From NCBI GenBank assembly GCA_051941275.1, contig JAVEBF010000074.1, positions 1 to 33,209 on the forward strand: 33,209 bases of DNA, written 5' to 3'. The notes beneath the pieces were generated by a model that saw only the letters and a program-made list of their open reading frames with translations, did not search any database and was not told the DNA's origin. The stretch is from Dirinaria sp. TL-2023a. Lineage: Eukaryota. The stretch's first letter is position 1. The number at the start of each line of letters is the position of its first letter. This document shows, one piece after another, positions 1-10,997 of the stretch. A program made the position numbers and the translations under genes.

Positions 1-152
1 ATAATATGGATGTGTGAGCGTTGGACCCTGATCGGCCGGACCGACCACCACTCCGGATGCGCTAACCCCGATCAGGTCAAAACTCAACACCACACACAAA
101 AACCTTGTAGAAAATGACCCGGGTAACAACAGTGAGAGCCAGGCTCGTAATA
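1..152. mobile_element. Possible truncated LTR fragment (window edge)
   Basis: GC-richer island ending GGCTCGTAATA (a ...CGTAACA-like LTR terminus with C>T), followed by an abrupt switch to AT-rich DNA. Contains a 9-bp inverted repeat (CCTGATCGG 27-35 / CCGATCAGG 68-76). GATCAGGTCA (70-79) is the reverse complement of TGACCTGATC in the solo LTR at 461-665. The other end lies outside the window. Confidence 0.35.
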
Positions 153-460
153 TTTGCAGTGACTCATCGTGATATTTTTTAATATAATCTTCAATCTTGT
201 TCGTCGATATTTGCAACTTTTCTCTCTATATAAAATAATATTCTTGATCGTCTCGAAGTATATGCAGTGTCATACTTAATTTCTATCTCTGATTTATCGA
301 TAATGACTCATTTTAATTTATCTTTAATATGTTGTGATTGAACTCTGTTTTGTCTTTCATATAGTCGCTTCGTCGATTTAGTGCGTTCGTTCTATCATTG
401 TCTTTTTCTAATGTATATCGTATAATAAATTTATACTGTTCAAAAAGTTTCGATCATCTA

Positions 461-665
461 TGTCAGGGTCTGCACAGCGCTCAATGGCATATGGATGCTA
501 GTAGACTAGGACACTAACTATGAAGAAGAAAAGGAAAGGAAATCTATCTACAGGAAGACTCAAATAGGGACCCGGAGCAATATCGGTCCGGGGGGACGCT
601 AGGCCTGATCATGTGACCTGATCATGTGACCTAACCTAAGGTGCTCTAGGTCTAGGTTCATGACA
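461..665. mobile_element. Solo LTR of an LTR retrotransposon (205 bp) with 5-bp TSD
   Basis: Begins TGTCA (461) and ends TGACA (665). Flanked by an identical ATCTA at 456-460 and 666-670. Purine-rich internal tract. GC-richer than flanks. Confidence 0.9.
604..632. repeat. 13-bp tandem repeat CCTGATCATGTGA x2 inside the solo LTR
   Basis: Copies at 604-616 and 617-629 plus a partial CCT. The core TCATGTGA is one C>T away from the palindrome TCACGTGA. Confidence 0.85.
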
Positions 666-693
666 ATCTAATTTGTCTTCGATTCAGCTGCTT

Positions 694-922
694 TGTCATG
701 GTGCTAAGTTGCACAGTCCTTTAGCCAAGCTTGCTAAGCCTTCTACGGGTCGCGTATGCGGCTATAGGGGTTGCTAATGTTATATTCCAGGGCAACCTCA
801 TTCCCTTTCTTCTTTCCTTGCCTTTTATCTTGTATAGTACTCAATACATAGATCTAAGTCCACCTAGTAATAAAACCTCGTTAACCTCTATCTATGGATA
901 GATCCCAGCCCAGCCCTTGACA
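694..922. mobile_element. Second solo LTR (229 bp), opposite orientation to the first
   Basis: TGTCA at 694 and TGACA at 918-922. Its reverse complement starts TGTCAAGGG and ends CATGACA, like the first LTR (TGTCAGGG...CATGACA). A pyrimidine tract mirrors the purine tract of LTR1. TSD is not exact (CTGCTT vs TTGTTC, differing only by transitions). Confidence 0.7.
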
Positions 923-1791
923 TTGTTCAATTTTACGATTGTTTGTTATTTTCACAATCTTTACATTTCTTGTTCGACACCTCAAACTTTAGATTCGAAT
1001 CTCACCTTCAGCGCTCTAAAGATTTGTAATACCGATAGATTTTCTTTGTGTTGAAATCGATCTAGGTTGATGATACTAAAGCTGGACTTTACAGAAGGTT
1101 TTTGTCTTTTGAACATCCTCTAACATCTGAACACTTTTCATATAAGATTTCCTTCCAACACTTTCTCTCTTCTGCGACTCTCTAGTCATCAACATCTAGA
1201 AGACGACACGAGCTTGGAGACACGAACGTTTCCAACATCACATGTCGATGTTACTGAGGAGTAACGACTCTATCAACTGGTTGTGATGTCGGACTTCCTC
1301 TGAGACTCTAACACAGCGGACATATCGATTCGAAAATCTATTCTCAACTCCGCGAAAATGTGACAGCATTGAACAAGAATGATATATACTCTTATACATG
1401 TCCAGAGACTTCACATCAAGACTTCATCACCTTCTTGCACACTCACAATTCCTTTCTCCAGATCTATACGATCGCAAGCGTATACTAGATGATGTTTCCT
1501 TCTCTTAACACATCGGTCATCACTATACTTCCAATATCACATCTTTTCTTCTGACACCTGGACGAGCTCAACTCACCTTGACTCCGGTCGGTTTTGCTTA
1601 TATATCTTGATTCTTCGCTTGCTTCTTCCTATTACATTCCAGACTTCCTTGAACTCTCAATTCTATCGAGATCGAACATCAAAAACTTCACTTACTGGAG
1701 GCAAAATCCTATCAAAACCTACAAAGACTTCAATCCTCGTCATCATTTTGCTTGTCTTAATCATCATCAAGTCAGTTCCATCGGACTAACC

Positions 1792-2650
1792 ATGGTGTTC
1801 AATAAAACAACGAACGTCTATGTGCGACCAACTGTCGAGTACTCTCCTGCCCCATACGATGAAATGCAGGCTCGAATGGAGAACTGCCATCTGTCGCAAG
1901 CTCTATCACGAACGAGTGTACTCCATCGAGCGAGCTCGATACCAGCGACACGTCCTGCGCAACGCAAAAGCCCGCGTTGCGAAAGAGAGCAAGGCTGAGG
2001 GCATAGAGGAGGGTAAGAGACTCGGCTTTCAAGAGGCCATGGATCTTCAACAACTTCGAGACCAATCCATTGAGATTGGTCGACAGCTCGAACGAAATGG
2101 GGGTTCTGCCAACATCGCTTCTTCACAGATGCCGCCCTTGATCGAAGGTCCCAAGACTGTAGCACATGCTAGTCGGCATTCTGGAGCTGCATCGGCAACA
2201 GCTCTAAAGCCAACATCGAATGTGAATCGTTTCCTTGAGGCCCAACCAAGCGTGGTATCCAGGGCTAGTGGGCCAGCTCATAATTCAGCATCTAGAAGCC
2301 GCGCTCCACCACAATCAGGCGTGGCCCAGTTTCTGGGAGCTCAGGGAAGCCAAAATCCACGATCGGACTATCAAACTACTCGTCATGTGGCGCATGCTCG
2401 AGTACCGCAGTCCAATGTCTCGCGCTTCTTGGCCGCGCAAGGAAGTCAAGTCTCAAGAACTAGTCAGCGGACTGTTCGACCTGCTGCCGGTCACCACTCT
2501 GCTCGCGGTTCAGGGAGACAGTCGACACCCCACTTCGGGTAAGTCTTATGGCGGATGTCCTTTTTCGAATTGATCAATAATGTTCTTGGCAGGTATGGCG
2601 CCCTTCATCAGGATGAACAAAGTCGTCACCGTTCATCACATCATGGGTAA
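1792..2650 (+). CDS. Hypothetical protein with three [SN/SG]VxxFLxAQ repeats; 5' end uncertain (ATG 1820, or ATG 1792 with a frameshift near 1900)
   Basis: 240-aa ORF at 1820-2542 runs into a GTAAGT donor at 2539. Intron 2539-2592 (..GCAG) gives a final exon YGALHQDEQSRHRSSHHG* ending at 2650. Helical/coiled-coil-like segment (KARVAKESKAEGIEEGKRLGFQEA) followed by an S/A/R/Q-rich tail. Confidence 0.6.
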
Positions 2651-3761
2651 GCCGTAAGACCGCGCTATCAGTGACCTTCGTCATCAGTACCGCTAAGAAG
2701 TTGTCGTAGAGTCTCGTCAACGATCTCGCCGAGCGACTCCCCCAGCCAACCACCGAAGCCACATCGGCGATAGCTTGAATTCTCGCAGTTGGGACCTCTG
2801 TCAGCACATAGTATGTAGTGAAGACGGACATTAAATGATCTGCTATTTGGACTCCATAGAGACAGTAGTTGCATGTCATCATGTGTTCTCAATATTGCAC
2901 CAGTCCATTATCGTATCTTTGCCGCTGTGAGCTTCGAGTGTGCATGAATACCATCATAGGAAAAAATGACCCAACTAACCCTGTAAATGAAGACACTTCT
3001 CGTCAGTATCTCTGATCTTGCCCCTCTCAGTAATTTTTTTCTGTTCTAACCTGATTTCTGTCGTCTCCATAATCTTTCAGGGAGAAGGTCGTTCCAATCG
3101 AAGAGCCTAAAAACATGAGAAGAACCGGGAGAATAGAATGTGGCCAGTGGGTCCCCTATATCATGGCGGGCGTCACGAGGTCAAGCGACAGAGCTTCGAA
3201 TGGTGCCGAAGCACTGAGGTGGTGCACTTCGAACTCACTCCGGTCAGGTCCAAATTTAGCGCAATGTCTGCGCCTTTGGTGCAGTGCTACTTGACAGGAT
3301 TTCGAGAAGACAGATCGGAGTGACGCACATGAGGTCCCACGGCATTCGTGAAGATAGTAGCGCCACATTATCCTTGATTGCCATGATGAATTTTCCGTCC
3401 CTTGTTCGGCTATGCCCACCTCTCCTGTGCGACTGCCCACTTTCGTCAACTTCCCACGTCCGGCACTACAAGCCACAAGCGCTAACGAGTAAGGGAGCAG
3501 TATGAGCGGAAAATTGATGTGGAACATGATCGTATTGCCGCCACACTGGTGCGGCAGTACCCGTCAATCTCCTTATGCGCTTTAAGCCCTGACAATTTCT
3601 TGGATTGCTTACTATACGCTTCTCAATTTGCATAAACTATCTCCACTTTTGACGCGATCATAGTTCTTCGTACTGTGGTTTTAGACTTTCACTCATATCT
3701 TTATTCGTCAGAGTATGAATCATAACTCTTTAAAGCTTTCAAAATTAGTCTCTCGGCAAAG

Positions 3762-4457
3762 ATGCTGTGCTGGCGAAACCAACCAGTCATCCAGTTGCTT
3801 CTACAAGTTCCTCTATACTCTTTTATGATACAATCGTCACCATTGTCTAGAGTTGTTAGAACACCACCGAGCGAGATTCTATCCAGCCCTTTTGCAACGA
3901 AGTCTTCGAAGCCATCGTAGGTAGGATCTCCTCCATCGAACTCCATTCCATCATTACTCACAGTGTTGGCCCATAGCAACGCTACTACCCTGCCTCTCTC
4001 TTCAAAAAATGACGACGTCAGTCTCTTTACTTACGAAGTTACTGGAACCAGTATGGAGATTGACTTCGTTATATGGAATCAGCGTCCCATTGAGCGCGAG
4101 GCATTGGCTCGTGGGATCCTGAATGGCAAGTTGAGAGTATGGCAGCGACTCAAAGATGAGGGCAACGACTGGCTCACCGCAGATGATGATCCTTTCTTAA
4201 TCACCATACCAGACAAATGCTACATTCGCATTGACTCCCGTAAGGCACCAAATGGACGAAGATTAACGACTTATCAGACCCTGTTGAGCGTCTTCGACGG
4301 TCTGTGGGATGTGCTGTATGTGCGGAAAGATGAAAGAGAAGCGTCCATACGGTTTGAAGTGGCTGGAACCGTTGCTGGTCATGGCGCAACCTCAGTCACT
4401 GAGATCCAACCTTCCACAGGTGTCCAAAATAACGATGAGGCTTTCGCGATCATGTAA
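3762..4457 (+). CDS. Small secreted protein of unknown function (2 exons: 3762-3916, 3977-4457)
   Basis: ATG 3762 gives a signal-peptide-like MLCWRNQPVIQLLLQVPLYSFMIQS|SPL. Intron 3917-3976 (GTAGGT...CTCAC...CATAG) restores the frame into the 164-aa ORF. The C-terminal pattern TYxxLxxVxxGLW...F.V....GHG resembles an ascomycete secreted-protein family (recognised from memory, not searched). Confidence 0.7.
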
Positions 4458-5114
4458 TGTCAAGATTTCACACCATCTTCAAACTTTATCCAGACCAAAA
4501 GTATGGATTCGGCCTTGTCTTGTGGGCTTGTGCCACGCAGCTGGCACGCCTTCACTAGTGACGGCTGTGAGCGCTGCTTAAGCTTATGGCGTACTGATCA
4601 CGTCTTCTATAAGAAGACCTCTCCTTCTCGGTCTTCGTCTCAAGAGCAAGTATTGAACTCATAAAGTTGGGTTCTCTGCTCACAAGCTATGGAGCACTTT
4701 GTGATTTTAGACAGCCGAACGTCACATTCCCTTGAAATGCGGTGAGCTTGGAGGATTTCTAACATACCTGCGAGGAACATGTAGCGCATAGTCTGCTCAT
4801 CTTAACACTCAATCTGATCACTCTGCTGAATAAGAGACAAAGGTAATGGTATCTAGCGGAACCTTTTCCGAGCACGTCAGCTGCACTTCAAGCAATATCA
4901 CGCTATACCCTGTGCTTGTTGCTTTTCATTGAATGAAAGGGTGTCTCGCTTAGACTTGTTCTAATCTCCGACTCCAATATGGGAGATGAAATTTGCGAAG
5001 AACTCCGTATCACAAGTACTAACCCTTCTCAAAAGACACTGTTGCCAGCCTAAAGCTGTCAGTCGCAATGTTATTCCCCTGACTTTGGAGCAACGATAGC
5101 AAGTAGCCGACTTA

Positions 5115-6760
5115 CGATAGTTGTTTCCATTGGTAGCAATGCACGTCTGCGCGAGCAAGGGTAGTCCGACTCCATCGCAATATTAGCTGTTTTAGCGCAG
5201 CTGCGAAGGGCAGAGTGCCAAGTGTAAACGTCGTCCATAGATGTGTAGTTGACTCAAAGAATTTCTCGAGCAGTAATTTCGACTGGTAGCTTTACTATAA
5301 TCGTCGCACGAGACTGCGATGCCTAATTATACGCAGAGCGCTACGATGACCTTGGTTGGTAGAGGAAGGCCGTTCTTCCTGAGCCTCCAGCGCCGCCGGC
5401 CCTAACACAGTGCTCGCAGTAATAGACAGCGGTAAGTCTGGGTCGTACGATTGTTGCTATCAATTCTCTGAACGGTACTCCAGGTTCACCGATTTTGCGG
5501 CTGGAGGATGTTGCTTTGTGATATAAGAGATGCCGTTAACGGCTTTAGCATATGAAGGACCTAGAGGTTTTTTTGTCAATAAGATTATTGTTCAAGTTCA
5601 AGTGATACCGGGAGAATCAGCCGCTATGGTGCCGCCACACTCTTGATCGCGTGCGTCAGCATCGCATGTAGCGTAGCGATTGAAGTCTAAAAGATTGAGC
5701 TGCCGAGGCAAGACTTAGATATCAGTTGGATGCAAGGTACGTTGTATGCCTACCAATTGATAAGCCTACTGATCTTGTAGGTTTTGGCAGAGGTCTGTAG
5801 CCAGCCACGAGACATGCACTTTATTAGATCGAAATGATTGGGACGGAAAGTTGACTTGAGAAAATGATGCTGTGGTAGACATGCGAGATAGTGTCTTGAT
5901 AGCGGGAGGGACCGTAAGAGGTTTCTACTACACCGAGATATTAGCCGTCACTATTGCAGCTTCAGATTAGATTCCCTCGAGGTGCGATAAGCCCGAGCTA
6001 TTTCAAAGCCTGCCGCTTTGTATCACACACCTGGCAGCCAGCACAAGTCAACTGGGTTAATCAATAACCCGTTCAAGCCTCCATGTATTTCAAGAAACCG
6101 CCTGAGATCAAGGCCTTCTCTGGGCTTACGTATCAAACTCCTTTTGATGTTCTCATTCTGTTCGAAGGGCTCTTTGTTTCATTGATGCAGCCCGAAGTAG
6201 CAAGCCTCAGAGCCGCGGGCGTAGTAAATCTGGTGTAATATCTTTTGCAGTGGCTCTACGAACTACGGCAACGATAGCGCATAGAGCTCTCCATTAAATG
6301 TGGTGTTCGTTTGCGCAGCATGATGGCGGAGCAGACCAAATGCTGAGGTTATCTGACTTCGAATTAATCTTCGATAATCATTCGAGTCAGGGGAATTTTT
6401 TTCTGTCTATAAGGCACTAATATTCACTTCAAGTCATGTATTTATGCTTTAAATCCTTCGGATAATCTTCGTTTGACAGCGTAGCGAAGTTACCGCTAGG
6501 GGCGACCCTTAGGGATGGAGGAATCGAGGGTGGTATATTTCGCGATCGTATCTTCGGTGCAAGTCATTAGCCAACAGCTTTTTAGAGCCGCACACGAAGA
6601 AGGGGTAAACTTCAAGACGCACTTTCGTCGGCATCGCACACGATTCTTCTCAGATGTCAATGGGACCACCTGTGACGACATAGAGCTGGATTTTGAAAGT
6701 GTCAAGCCATCGCTTTGCGAAGAGCCGCCATTGTCTGAAGTTGTTTCTTCTTCCAGCCAT
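5115..6760 (-). pseudogene. Probable decayed spliced gene
   Basis: ATG 6760 MAGRRNNFRQWRLFAKRWLDTFKIQLYVVTGGPIDI*EESCAMPTK, then a canonical intron 6622-6552 (GTGCGT...GCTAAT...AAG). A second protein-like frame at ~5516-5116 (…ENxxQQSYDPDLPLSITASTVLGPAALEAQEE…) has TGA/TAG stops at 5462-5457 and 5256-5254 and ends at a GTAAGT donor (5115). Family not recognised. Confidence 0.35.
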
Positions 6761-7214
6761 TTTGTGAGAAGACTTTTATTCTGGTAGGCAATTTTCCAAA
6801 ACTTTCTCGCCACCCAAGTAGGGTAGGTGACGCAGCAGGGTTCTTGCCAATTGATGAGAAGACTATATCGCCGATGGACAGCCAGCCGGTTTTATTTGGA
6901 TGTAGAACCACAGAAAGAAATGTCAGAGGAGTGTGACGAGAAGATACAGCAAGAAGTAATCATGAAACGATCTCTTCTTGGGAGAATGACATGGCTGGAG
7001 AAACAAAGACGGTTGAGGGGCGCGCAACATCGGTGGAATTGTTAGGGTTCAATCAGGCTAAGAACAGAACATCATTGTACCTAAGGTACTTCAATCGACA
7101 CATCGACATCGAGTCAGCTCAAAGATAATAGACAAATATATTGATCAAAACGTAATTTCCAGGTTGATCATTTCCCGCGCAGGAGACGAAAGCCAAAAAT
7201 GTCAGATTGCGAGT

Positions 7215-7324
7215 TGGACCTGGTGGGGGTCGAACCCACGACATTCGCATTGCTGCAATGACAGCCATATCACAACCGTAGTAAATAATATAAGAACGAC
7301 GCGCTACCACTGCGCCACAGGTCC
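7215..7324 (-). tRNA. tRNA-Ile(TAT) with 38-nt intron (7251-7288)
   Basis: Minus strand reads GGACCTG TGGCGCAGTGGTAGCGCG TCGTT CT TAT A [intron] A TGCGA ATGTC GTGGG TTCGACC CCCAC CAGGTCC A. Perfect acceptor stem, A/B boxes, anticodon at 7290-7292, intron after position 37, T5 Pol III terminator at ~7195-7199. Confidence 0.93.
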
Positions 7325-7839
7325 AAGATTAATTAGCTTTTTCTTATTGATAAATATATCGTTATTTTGTTTTAATCGTGAAGCAGATCAATTAGCATAC
7401 CGAGTATGTCGGATTTCGCTCACTCGGCCATTTCTCGGATAACGATTCATTTCGAAAGTCAACAGCCTGACCCTCAGACTCCTCGATTGATCAGAGCAAC
7501 ATTGACTGAAGACCTCGTCCTGCACGGTTTTCGATATCTTGTTTGTCTGTAGCGTCACTCTGGAGGCTTATGAAACGGGATTATCTATTGCGACGGGACC
7601 CCGCAGAGGATCCTTCAAGATCTTACCCTACTGCTTGATTGTTGGCTAAGGGGCTTGGATGAGTCAGCCACCCTCGCCGAGAAAACCGTTATGTCGGCTT
7701 TTTTCTATCTGCTTGGAATTATCACACCAACCTCTCAACACTAGTCTTTGAGCAAGTCATCAAATCCACAAAGTAGCGCCTAGCCTCTTCGTGGTGATAC
7801 TAAGCCTTTGTTCTCCGACCTCAACAGGTCGGATCCGAC

Positions 7840-9601
7840 ATGCAAGATGGAGTCGATCAGACCGACTCCAAATACGCGGGGATACCGTCATCAACTCAAG
7901 GTGAGAAGTGTCACGAAGATGCCTTCGAGAACGTTTGTGATCAGAGTCCCCCAAGGAGCGCCCTCTTGGGTCGGTTTTGGTGGGTGGTTCTTTCAGCCTC
8001 GATGCTTCTAGCAGAAATGCAAGTAGCCCTCGACACCACAATTACTGCCGATCTACAGCCGGCTATAATCAATGCTCTCGGAGAAGTTTCAAAGCTGCCA
8101 TGGATCAATGTTACTTACTCGCTTGTAAATGGCGCCTCGTGCCTTTTATGGTAAGACTTGTTCTCTATGAATATGAGACACCGTCCGCAAACAATGATAA
8201 ACAGGGGAAAGCTGCTCGTATTCTTTGATAGCAAGAAGATCCTACTTGCTGCCCGACTGTTTTTCGCTGTCGGCTCCGCCCTTGCTGCTACTGCGCCTTC
8301 TATGAATGCCTTTATTCTTGGTAAGGCAATCACCGGCGTAGGAGGCAGCGGCACCTATTTATCCATCATCAACATTTTCACTGCGCTCACGGCCGCGGAA
8401 GAGCGCGCTCGATGCTTTAGCTATATCGGCTTCATGTGGGGACTTGGTACCATGTCAGTTTACTGCCCCTTCTTGATACTCTCATATCAGTAACGTGACG
8501 TCCAGTATCGGCCCTGTTATTGGAGGCGCTTTTGCTGCGACTGCCGCTGGTTGGCGTTGGAGCTTTTACTTCAACTTGATCCTTGTCGGTGTCTTTTTTC
8601 CCGTATTTTTATTTATTCTGCCTTCTAGTAAGCCCTCAACTTCTCAAACTAGTCTGTGGAATCGTACTTGTCGCATCGATATTGTTGGTTCTTTGTTATT
8701 CGCCGGCGCTCTCTGCTCTGGGATCATGGCTATACTATTCGGGGGAACATTTTATCCTTGGGGAAGCGGACGCATCATTGGGTTGTTCTGCTGCTCGGCA
8801 GTTCTCTGGATTTTGTTCAGTGTCCAGCAAGCTACTGCCACCTTCACGACGATTGAAGATCGCATAGTTCCCGTTCATATTTTACGTTCGTGGGAAATGT
8901 GGATTCTAATCATCCAAACTGGCTGCGCCATCAGCATGCTCTTCATCACCATCTACTACATTCCACTGTACTTTCAATTCGTACGGGGTGAATCGGCAAT
9001 TCGATCGGCAGTCGACCTTCTACCGTTTCTCTTCACCTCGGTTTTTGCAATGTTGATTTCCGGGCGTCTGATGACTTGGCTAAACTACTATAAGCCTTGG
9101 TTTGTCACCGGTAGTAGCCTAGCATTGATAATGTCTGTATGTCTGTACACGACCGAGATTGATACCTCTCACGCCAAAATCTACGGTTACTTGATTCTTG
9201 GTGGAGTTGGCACTGGTCTCTATGCGATGAATGCCGCACCCGTCATGTCAGCGATAGTGGCGAAAGGAAACACCGCAGCTGCAAGCACTATCTTTGGATG
9301 TGTTGATATCATTTCAAGTTCCTTCTCGGTCGGAATCGCAAACAGTATTTTTGTCAATCGGGCGTCGGACAGCATACAGAAGATACTACCAGCCACTCCA
9401 CGAGCAACCGTGCGCGAAGCGATTACGGGTGTTGGAGGTTCTCTGACTGACCAGCTTCCGCCGCCTGTCAAAGCAGCAGTTCTCCAAGCGGTTCTGAATG
9501 CTATCAAGGACGCTTGGATTCAGATGATAGCCACAGCAGCCCTGTCCCTTGCACTGTCATGCTTCCTACGCAGCCGGAAGCTGAGCCACTTGCCAAAGTG
9601 A
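7840..9601 (+). CDS. MFS efflux transporter, DHA2 (14-TMS) family, patC/DEP3-like
   Basis: Exons 7840-8150, 8205-8453 and 8506-9601. Introns 8151-8204 (GTAAGA..CAG) and 8454-8505 (GTCAGT..CAG) join in frame. Motifs LDTTITAD.QP.I, WGKL, G.AI.G.GG.G, GLGT.IGP.IGGAF....GWRW.FY.NL, YYIPLYFQF.RG.SA..S. Confidence 0.92.
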
Positions 9602-10199
9602 GAAGCGGCATATTTCTATCAAAACACTTGATACTGCTGCATCATCGCTGATGGCGAGGATGTTTTTTGCTCCTCAGCCAGCTCTCTTATTTGCCGATTT
9701 AAAAATATCTCCTTGGAGTCGTTTAATTTGGGAGTTCGGCTTTCCAGTCGGACGCCAATGTAGATATCCATCGGCGCATCGCACAGACCCTTGAAAAAAC
9801 TTGGACCACGCCATTCCGTGCTTAAGTAGAGCCATTTGCTCGTCAATATGATCCAGGTCTCTGCCGAACGTCAGTCAAAACTCGGCGGCCATGACACGGA
9901 TAATTTTCACCTGCATCCATCTCAGATGCGGATTTGTCGGCTATTGATTCGTATGACAGATCCTGCCACTATGGAGGAGAGATGCTTACCTGTAAGAGAT
10001 ATAGATTAGCCATCTCTAAAAGCTAAACTCAATGGTCCTTTTCGTTATAAATGATGCCCCTAAGAAATGAAACTTAGATGGCGAGAGCGTGATGCTTCAT
10101 TAAGTTCGGCAGGGGAATCGAAGCGTAAAGGGCCAGAGAACAGACTCATTCGGAAAATAGCGGAGCACGAAGGTGCGACAAGTAGAGAATTTTGGCGGC

Positions 10200-10997
10200 T
10201 TTCTGGTTCCTACGTTCTCGTCAACAACGACTCAGTTCTAGATGTTGGCGAGTAATATGCATATTCCACTGAACGTAAGAGAAGCGAGTGAGAACCTGAA
10301 AAAATGGGCTTCGAATTGTGAAGGTAGAGAGAGGGTTAAAGTACAAGAGGACGGTTGAAGTAAGAAGGAGCTAGTGAATATAAACGGAGATGATGGTGTT
10401 GAAGAGAAGGAACCGAATGCCGGAAGCGCCTCAAAAGTTGAGGAGGTCGAGCAAGACGCGGCGCAGACCCAGACGTAGGCGGAGGAGGATCAAAATGACA
10501 TTCTTGAGAATGTAGGAGATGAAGGGCGCGATAAGAATGCAGTTGAACAAGAAGACGAGGAGGGCATACGGGAATAGGAAGAGGAAGGTTAAGAAGAAGA
10601 AGCCGGTGCTGGAACCCATACTGAAGCGAAGAGCGAGTATAGTAGGCTGCTTAAGCGGCCAGAGTACGAGGAACACGAAACGGCAGAAAAAGTAGGGTCT
10701 AGTATAAGCAATGGCCTTAAGTAAAGCCTTCTTTAAGAACGCTTTGTGGAGGTTCATATTATTTAATTCGTCATGCTGATCGTATATGTTCATTCTAATT
10801 CCCAGCTCCGCGATGACCTTATCAAGATACTGAAACCACCTTCTCCGAACCGATACCATACTCCTTTCTCTGAACTTTTGATGAGCTCTCGTTTCAGTCG
10901 ACGACCGTTCATTGTAAATCATACTCATGTCATTCCTAGAACGGTCTTCGAAGGTGAATATCCTACTCAAACGAGCGAACACAGCAGTTTTCCTTAG
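10200..10997 (+). pseudogene. Pseudogene of an acidic (E/D-rich) low-complexity protein with RIP-type stops
   Basis: One + frame reads VEEKEPNAGSASKVEEVEQDAAQTQT*AEEDQNDILENVGDEGRDKNAVEQEDEEGIRE*EEEG*EEEAGAG... Stops TAG 10476, TAG 10575 and TAA 10590 sit where Gln (CAG/CAA) fits. The frame continues into ORF 10773-10997. Confidence 0.6.

Larger units (their letters stand above)
153..1780. other. AT-rich, GG/CC-poor mutated region (RIP-like decay) hosting the solo LTRs
   Basis: Visibly depleted of GG/CC and rich in TCT/AGA/TCGA. No credible ORF. The composition fades toward about 1800. Confidence 0.55.

Noticed and set aside
2574..3527. Several short overlapping ORFs on both strands
   Set aside because: No motifs or consistent exon structure.
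9619..10080. Intron-like signals on the minus strand (GCTAAT..TACAG; CTGAC..GCAG) and a 75-aa ORF
   Set aside because: Could not assemble a stop-free model or recognise a family. May be another relic.
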